Part shown: piece by piece, positions 56,091 to 64,000 of the stretch
How positions within the stretch are numbered: the stretch's first letter is position 1
Layout: the number at the start of each line of letters is the position of its first letter
Source: Eledone cirrhosa
Lineage: Eukaryota
Reading direction: 5' to 3'
DNA: 64,000 bases
Assembly: GCA_964016885.1 (NCBI GenBank)
Contig: OZ024741.1
Location: 79,546,001 to 79,610,000 of the forward strand
Made by a program: the position numbers and the translations under genes
The notes under the pieces: model-generated
Databases searched by the model: none
Told to the model about the DNA's origin: nothing
The model's input: only the letters and a program-made list of their open reading frames with translations

Positions 56091-56958
56091 CAACACGCCA
56101 CTGAAATGCCCACTTTTTTATTTTTATTTTGAAACAAGGTATTGATCTTTGCACATCTAACTGGTGAGCCATGGGATTTCTGTTTATGTGGGACATAAAC
56201 AAACATCACTGTCATCAATGTGAAATGCAATGTAAAGAAACAAACACATCACAGGTTTATACAGTTTCTGCCTACCAATTTCATCTGTAAAGCATTGGTC
56301 ACCCCAAGACACTTGTCGAAGCCATTTGTTCAGTGGAATACAACTCGAAACCACACAGTTGCAAAATAAACTTCTTAACTAAACTACTTTTCTTGCACCT
56401 ATCTATATACATGCAAGTATATATGTGGGTGGGTGTATTTTGCTGATTTATAAATACTGACGGTGAAGGGGGGCAACAAAAACCATTGCTTTACAAATGA
56501 AGGTTTTTCAAATATTTGTTGCAGCCACTCTCTGTCACCCTTCTTGCTATCAGAAATTTAGTGCATCAGTAATTGGCCCATTGAGAATCTGTAACCAACA
56601 ACACTGTTTTATAATATGAAATAAATAAACCAGCCAAGAGAGTCTACTGATAATTTTGTTCTGATATTATGCAAATGTATTAATTTGCATATGCTATCTC
56701 TTTTGTACTATCCAGGAAATCATTTACATAAATGTGTATCTATAACTAACTATGCATATTCACATATTATATATGTGAATATGCATAGTATAGGTAAGAT
56801 AGATTTAATATATGGAATATTAAGTAATTCAGAGAGGCCATATACATGAAAAATAACAATAGTTAATTTAGTATTTAACTCACAAACCATTAAAATGGCA
56901 ACTAGAAATAAATATGCAATGAGTAATAAATCTTACTAGACAATATATATATATATAT

Positions 56959-57452
56959 GGTGTCCCCGAAAAATGTATACACACTTTGATTACCTGTACA
57001 GGCAATATATATATTAGAATGGTGTATACATTTTTAGGGACACCGGTATATATATATATATGGTGTCCCGGAAAAATGTATACACACTTTGATTACCTGT
57101 ACAGGCAATATATATATTAGAATGGTGTATACATTTTTAGGGACCCCAGTATATATATATGGTGTCCCCGAAAAATGTATACACACTTTAATTACCTGTA
57201 CAACCAATATATATATTAGAATGGTGTATACATTTTTCAGGACCCAGGTATATATATATATGGTGTCCCCGAAAAATGTATACACACTTTGATTACCTGT
57301 ACAGGCAATATATATATTAGAATGGTGTATACATTTTTAGGGACTCCGGTATATATATATATATATGGTATCCCGGAAAATTGTATACATACTTTGATTA
57401 CCTGTACAGGCAATATATATATTAGAATGGTATATACATTTTTAGGGACCCC

Positions 57453-57532
<80 letters not shown>

Positions 57533-57700
57533 GTGTCCCCGAAAAATGTATACACACTTTGATTACCTGTACAGGCAATATATATATTAGAATGGTGTAT
57601 ACATTTTTAGGGACCCCGGTATATATATATATATATATATATATGATGTCCCCGAAAAATGTATACACACTTTGATTATCTGTACAGGCAATATATATAT
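56959..57700. repeat. Tandem array of seven ~87-bp TIR-bearing MITE units separated by variable (TA)n
   Basis: Units at 56959, 57062, 57161, 57262, 57367, 57532, 57645 (last truncated); TIR GGTGTCCCCGAAAAATGTATACAC / GTGTATACATTTTTAGGGACACC. Confidence 0.93.
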
Positions 57701-58897
57701 TTTTCGGGTACTTTGAAATATCGGTGACCCAACTCTGATCTTGATTGTTTGTTTGTTTGCTTGCACACACTTTCTCTACCTTCGTAAATAGCCAAAACGG
57801 TGCATAATGGGAAAATATTCCGTAATTGGAATACAAAGGGGATAAAACAATTTTGGCGTAAATCTTAAATAAATATTTTCATTATGCAAAAAATATTTTT
57901 TATAATCATTACATAAACCAATTTCAGTGATTTCTCAGTGAATATGATTTCAAAATTACAAGTTCTTTGTACTTTTAAGTATCTATATTTCAGCTTTCAC
58001 TAAACAGACGATATTGTAATTATTAAAATTAAAACTGTTCAGTGAATATGACTGAGAAATACGAGTTGCTTTTACAGTAAATATTTTTGCTTTTGTTAAA
58101 CAAAATATTTTAATTATTTAGAAATATTTTTAAGTGAATGTGATTTCCAAAAGTTGTTCACACTGTAAGTGTTTATATTTTAGCCTTCTTTGTACACATA
58201 ATATTTTAATTGTTTTTAAATCTATTTACAAGTGAATACGCTAATTTTTTTTTTTAATTATCAAAAAGTATTTTATAAGTGAATGTGATTTGAAAAATAC
58301 GAATCGTTTGTAGAGTAAATATTTATATTTAGCTTTCTTTAAACAGACAATATTTCCATTATTTAGAAATATTTTAAAGTGATAATTTAAGAAAAATAAT
58401 TTTTGAGGTAATAGGAAATTTTTGTCAGGTGAATACGACTTTCTATTCTTAAATCATGCCTCAACGAGGAAGAAAGAAAACATCTGGTTCGACTACAGAT
58501 AATGGGAAGAGAGTGCGGCTAAGGAAAGCCGAAGTAGGTGAGCAAGATAGTGGTCAATGCCAACAACAAGACCAGGACAGGCATGCGAATAGAAGGATCG
58601 ATGAGACTGATAAAGCAAGGGCTGCACGTCTGGCGGAACAGAGGGAAAGAGACAGAAGCAGGAGAGATCAGGAATAGGAGGCTCGGAGAGCTGCGCGTCT
58701 GGCAGAACAGAGAGAAAGAGACAGAAGCAGGAGAGATCAGGAACCGGAGGCTCGGAGAGCTGCACGTCTGGTGGAACAGAGGGAAAGAGACAGAAGCAGC
58801 AGAGATCAGGAATCGGAGGCTCGGAGAGCTGCGCGTCTGGCAGAACAGAGAGAAAGAGACAGAAGCAGGAAAGATCAGGAATCGGAGAGCTGCACGT
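57701..58897 (+). mobile_element. Probable 5' portion of a Helitron, with ~100-bp subrepeats and the start of the ORF carrying 23-aa STPR-like repeats
   Basis: ATG at 58456 (MPQRGRKK..); 69-bp repeats at 58621, 58690, 58759, 58828 encoding ESEARRAARLAEQRERDRSRRDQ; in-frame TAG at 58675; truncated at (TA)n; 57790-57840 resembles 59533-59600. Confidence 0.65.
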
Positions 58898-59089
58898 ATA
58901 TACATATATATACATTATATATATACATATACATATATATATATACATTATATATACATATACATACATATATATATATATATATACATCGTTAACTTTG
59001 CCTTTCATCCTTACGGGGTCGATAAAATAAAGTACCAGTAATACACTGGTTAATTGCTAGCCTTGTGCCTAACGTAGAAACAGTTATAT

Positions 59090-59470
59090 ATATAAATATA
59101 TATAAAAGCGAGGATGTGTGTGTGTCTGTGTAAAAATTTGGATACCTAAGGCTTTTACAATTACCAACCGAATTTGATCAAAATTTCTGCACGTTGCACA
59201 GGTCGCTAAGATGGTCACATCACAAACATTTTTCCAATCGACCCACATTGAGCAATAAAAATTCGATGTCAAAACTATCGGTAGCAAAATTGATGTAAGG
59301 GAGATAAACCAACTTTATTGACAATCCTTATAAAAAGAGGAGATAACCAACTTTATTGACAATCCTTATAAGAGACTGCTTAATTTGACAGGTTGGGGAC
59401 AAATAATGTTCTTCTTTTACTTCCTAGCTGTATATTCTTAGCATAATTTCAAACCCCGAGCAACTGCTAG
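59090..59470 (+). mobile_element. Non-autonomous Helitron-like element
   Basis: Starts TATATAAAAGCGAGGATGTGTGTGTGTCTG; internal AACCGAATTTGATCAAAATTT; ends CCCGAGCAACTGCTAG|T (CTAG 3' end, hairpin partly deleted); further Helitron-like starts at 59471, 59941, 63006. Confidence 0.6.
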
Positions 59471-60185
59471 TATAATACTAAAAGTCTGTGATTGCTTGCT
59501 TGCTTGCTTGTCTGTCTGTCTGTAATGTAATACAGCCAAAAGGGCGCATAATGGGAAAATACTTTGAAAGGAAGTTGGCCCTGAAATGCGAATACAAATG
59601 GCATAAAACAAGTTTCGCATAAATTGGTGCACAGGTTCCCGAGATATGGGGATTTTTGGGTACCTTCATAAACACAGAGAGAGAATGATAGAGAGAGAGA
59701 GAAGGATAGAGAGAAAGAGATAGTCGTTGGGAGAGAGTAGATTGAAAGATACATAGAGAGAGAGAGAAAGAAGGAGACAGAGAAGGAGTATGGAAAAGAG
59801 AGAGAGAGAGATGGTGGTGTTGTGTATATATATACATATGTAAGCATGTGTGTATATATACATATATGTGTGTGTGTGTCTATGACCAGTGTATATAGAT
59901 CACAGACACCCACATATATATATATATACACACACACACATCTATATTAATAAAGCTGATGGCTGTATGTATGTAACAAACTTTTGGCAAAATGGCTGGA
60001 CTAAACAGCACCAAATTTGCACCATAGATGTAACTTTTTTCAAGGAAGAAAGTGAGGGTATTTTTGTCTACTAAATTTTGTTATTATTGATTAAAGATAT
60101 TTTGTTTATCTAAAGATTCACTTCTTTAAAATTTTCAAATGTCAACACTTCCGGTTAGCGATTGCTTAAATAAACATTCATATAC

Positions 60186-62928
60186 CACAATCCGGACTGC
60201 CTGGTGTTATAAAAGACAGATTCTATGAGACGTTAATGCTCACTACCTCCCAAATAACCGACAGTGACTACATAATTATCGCTGGCGACCTAAATGGTCA
60301 CGTTGGACAACATTGTGACGGCTATCACGGAATCCATGGAGGCTATGGGTTTGGTACTAGAAATGAGGAAGACTCCAGAATCCTGGAATTCTGTGACGCA
60401 AATAACCTAACTATCTGTAACACTAACTTCAAAAAACGAGACAATCACTTGATCACCTATAGATCAGGGGAACACACCAACCAGGTAGATTATATCCTTA
60501 CCAGAAGACGTGACAGAGTGTCTGTTGTAAACACAAGATCCCCCCCCCCCCCTGAAGAATGCACCTCTCAACATAGACTCATAATTAGCGACCTCATAGT
60601 CAGGACGAGACGTACTCGACAACAGAAGAGGACTATCCTCAGGAGAAAAATATGGAAGCTAAAGGACCCCACAGCCAGTAATAAATTTAAAAGCATATTA
60701 CTTGATGCTTTTGATAGTAAGGAAGAGCAATTAGAGTTGTACAATATAGAGGAACAGTGGGAATTCCTGAGAGCTAACCTGCTGAAGGTGACAGATGAAA
60801 TCTGTGGCTGGAGCAGACCTACAGGCAGGAGGAGAGTAACTTGGTGGTGGAACAGTAAGGTGGAGGGGTCAATCAAGGCCAAAAAGCAGGCTTGGAAAGC
60901 ATGGCAGGATGGGGGAAGTAGAGAAGACTATCAGGTGGCTAGGAGGGAAGCTAGGAGACAAGAGAACTTTGCAAGAAGGGAAGCAGAGGACAGAAAGTTC
61001 AAGCATGTTCTACAACGCGAGGACCAAAAACGTGAGGTGTTCAGGATTGCTAGGCAATGTTTCAAGGAAAACCGTGATATTGTCGGGGAGAAGTGTGTCC
61101 TTAATGATGATGGTGTACTTGCCATCACTGACACTGATAAGAAGGTAGCTTGGCATTAAATTAGAGGCATTAAATTAATTGACCAGGTCATGAAGGTCAC
61201 AGAAAAAGTAATAGCGCAACTAATCAGAGCAGTTCGGGTTTGTGTCAGGTAAAAGTACCACAGATGCTCTTTTCATTGTACGACAACTACAGGAGAAGTA
61301 ACTAGCTAAAAGTAAACTCCTATACTTAGCTTTTGTTGACTTGGAGAAAGCCTTTGACAGAGTCCCCCGCTCCATTATCTGGTGGACTCTTAGAAAATTA
61401 GGGGTTGATGAATGGCTTGTGAGAGCTATACAAGCGATGTATAAAGAAACAGTCAGCAAGGTTAGAATTAACAACAAATATAGTGAAGAGTTTAGCGTAA
61501 AAGTTGGTGTTCATCAGGGCTCCGTCCTTAGCCCCCTACTATTTATTATTGCCCTTCAGGCTATAACAGAGGAGTTCAAGACCGGCTGCCCATGGGAACT
61601 TCTATACGCAGATGATCTAACGCTCATAGCTGAATCAATGGCTGAACTAGAGAAGAAATTCCAAACATGGAAGCATGGCCTAGAATCAAAAGGCCTTAAA
61701 ATTAACCTGTCTAAGACTAAAGTTTTAGTTTGTAGGAAGGAAAATAGAGCACTGGTCAGTGTGTAGGAAAGGAGTAGGCAGAAACTCCATTTTATGTCCC
61801 AAATGCAAAGTATGGGTGCATAAAAGATGTAGTGGGATCACAGGTAAGCTAACTAAGAATATAGATTTTATATGTGGCCGGTGCTCAGGTGCAATAAGTA
61901 GCAGCAAGTGCCCACAGAATACTAGCTCATTCCATTGCACAGATGGTTCTATAGAAATAGTGGACACCTTCCGTTACCTGGGTGACAAAATCAGCAGTGG
62001 TGGAGGGTGCTCTGAAAGTACAGTAGCTAGAGTCAGAACGGGATAGAAAAAGTTCAGAGAGCTTATACCACTATTGGCCGCTAAAGGGATCTTTCTAAAA
62101 ATGAAAGCAGGCTGTATGATGCCTGCATACGAACAACATTGTTACATGGCAGTGAGACCTGGGCATTGTGTGCAGAGGATATACGCAGACTGGAGCGAAA
62201 CGAAGCTTGCATGCTCCGCTTGATGTGTAATAGTAATATACGTGAACGGCAAAGCATAAACGAACTAAGGGAGAAATTAGGAATAAGAGGGATCAGATGT
62301 TGTTTACTCCAGAGAAGACTATGTTGGTACGGTCACGTGATGCACATGAAAGACAACAGCTGTATAAAAAAGTGCAGGGCGATAAAAATAGACGGTAGCC
62401 ACGGAGTAGGCAGACCCAGAAAAACCTGGGACGACTTGATAAATTCCGACCTCACACACTTACACCTCTCCAAGACAATGTCACTGGACCGAGATCTTTG
62501 GCACTACACAGTAATACAGAAGACCCGCCTTGCCTAAGTACAAAGCGAAACCTACAGTCAGTAGGCACCTCTAACAAAAATACACCCCCGTCCCACTACT
62601 CCCACCCCATCCACACCACCCCTTTCAATGTAAAGTTATGTTGGTACCACAACATCCAGTCCGAAACAAATGAGGTTGTGTAGGTGTCACGACAAAAAAA
62701 CACAGTCCACGCTGTAATGTGGCCGTGTAGGTAACACGGTAAAAACCTCCCAGCCCACACTGTAAACGTGGTTGGTGTTAGGAAGGGCATCCAGCCGTAG
62801 AAAACCCGCCAGACAGTCCTATACGAGCAAGTCAACCAATCTTGCCTCAAGTGGGAAAATTCCCATCCAAACCCATGCAAGCGTGGAAGATGGACGTTAA
62901 ACGATGATGATGATGATGATGATGATGA
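60186..62928 (+). mobile_element. RTE LINE, 5'-truncated within the APE domain, with internal deletions; same subfamily as 1-1475
   Basis: ORF 60236-61159: IAGDLNGHVG, HGGYGFGTRN, CNTNFKK, QVDYIL, SQHRL, TWWWN; RT motifs at 61341-61740; 61482-62928 colinear with 1-1475; (GAT)n tail. Confidence 0.96.
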
Positions 62929-63219
62929 TATTTTGCAGTTTATATATAATATCGTCTTTTTTTATGTATCATGGATTAAATTTCTGTGTATATTGTCAAT
63001 CTCTATCTATATTAATAAAGCTGACTACATTACAGGTACTTTATTATATATAATATATATAATACAACATTCCTATCTCTTTCTTACTCTGTCTTTTTAG
63101 ATAGATACATAGCTATAACGTTGCACGCTTATAATATCTGTCTGTATGTCTGCATTGACTTCGCTTCTAACCAACTTTTAATTAATTATATATATACATA
63201 TAATTATATATTCGTGTAC

Positions 63220-64000
63220 ATATTTTCAACAGTAATACTTTACTATATATTTTCCACAGTAATACTTTACTATATATTTTCAACAGTAGTACTGTACTAT
63301 ATAATTTCAACAGTAATACTATACTATATATTTTCAACAGTAATACTTATACTATATATTTTCAACAGTAATACTTTACTATATATTTTCCACAGTAATA
63401 CTTTACTATATATTTTCAACAGTAGTACTGTACTATATAATTTCAACAGTAATACTATACTATATATTTTCAACAGTAATACTTTACTATATATTTTCAA
63501 CAGTAATACTTATACTATATATTTTCAACAGTAATACTTATACTATATATTTTCAACAGTAATACTTATACTATATATTTTCAACAGTAATACTGTACTA
63601 TATATTTTCAACAGTAATACTTATACTATATATTTTCAACAGTAATACTTATACTATATATTTTCAACAGTAATACTTATACTATATATTTTCAACAGTA
63701 ATACTTATACTATATATTTTCAACAGTAATACTTATACTATATATTTTCAACAGTAATACTTATACTATATATTTTCAACAGTAATACTTATACTATATA
63801 TTTTCAACAGTAATACTTATACTATATATTTTCAACAGTAATACTCTACTATATATTTTCAACAGTAATACTCTACTATATATTTTCAACAGTAATACTT
63901 ATACTATATATTTTCAACAGTAATACTCTACTATATATTTTCAACAGTAATACTATACTATGTATTTTCAACAGTAATACTTATACTATATATTTTCAAC
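63220..64000. repeat. ~28-29-bp AT-rich minisatellite running off the right edge
   Basis: Unit TATATATTTTCAACAGTAATACTTATAC, more than 25 copies. Confidence 0.98.

Noticed and set aside
56959-57700. CRISPR-like look (palindromic repeats with variable spacers) and the YIYI-rich ORFs
   Set aside because: Spacers are pure (TA)n, repeats are ~87-bp MITEs, no cas genes, eukaryotic context.
61482-62928. Apparent segmental duplication with 1-1475
   Set aside because: Similarity ends at the (GAT)n tail and flanks differ, so these are independent insertions of one RTE subfamily.

Overview
Eukaryotic, AT-rich, repeat-dense DNA. The repeat mix (RTE LINEs with (GAT)n tails, tRNA-derived SINEs, abundant (TA)n/(GA)n/(AAT)n) suggests a coleoid cephalopod such as Octopus (inference, not verified). 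The only host coding sequence I can support is two minus-strand, phase 0-0 exons ~19.4 kb apart (32501-32058 and 12661-12062) encoding paralogous copies (~57% identical over 116 aa) of an uncharacterised domain. The rest is intron/intergenic DNA with several RTE families, a full-length but disrupted 6.06-kb Tx1/L1-like LINE inside an (AAT)n tract, mariner and piggyBac-type MITEs, Helitron pieces (one with 23-aa STPR-like repeats), SINEs and minisatellites. The most striking region is 36.2-39.8 kb: a near-identical 616-bp tandem array with an internal inversion, fused at both ends to (TA)n, followed by a structured ~0.5-kb element with a complete type I hammerhead ribozyme. With several decayed hammerheads elsewhere, this points to a (TA)n-associated retrozyme/Penelope-like, possibly circular-RNA-templated, retroposition system. 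All calls are by eye; no searches or folding programs were run.
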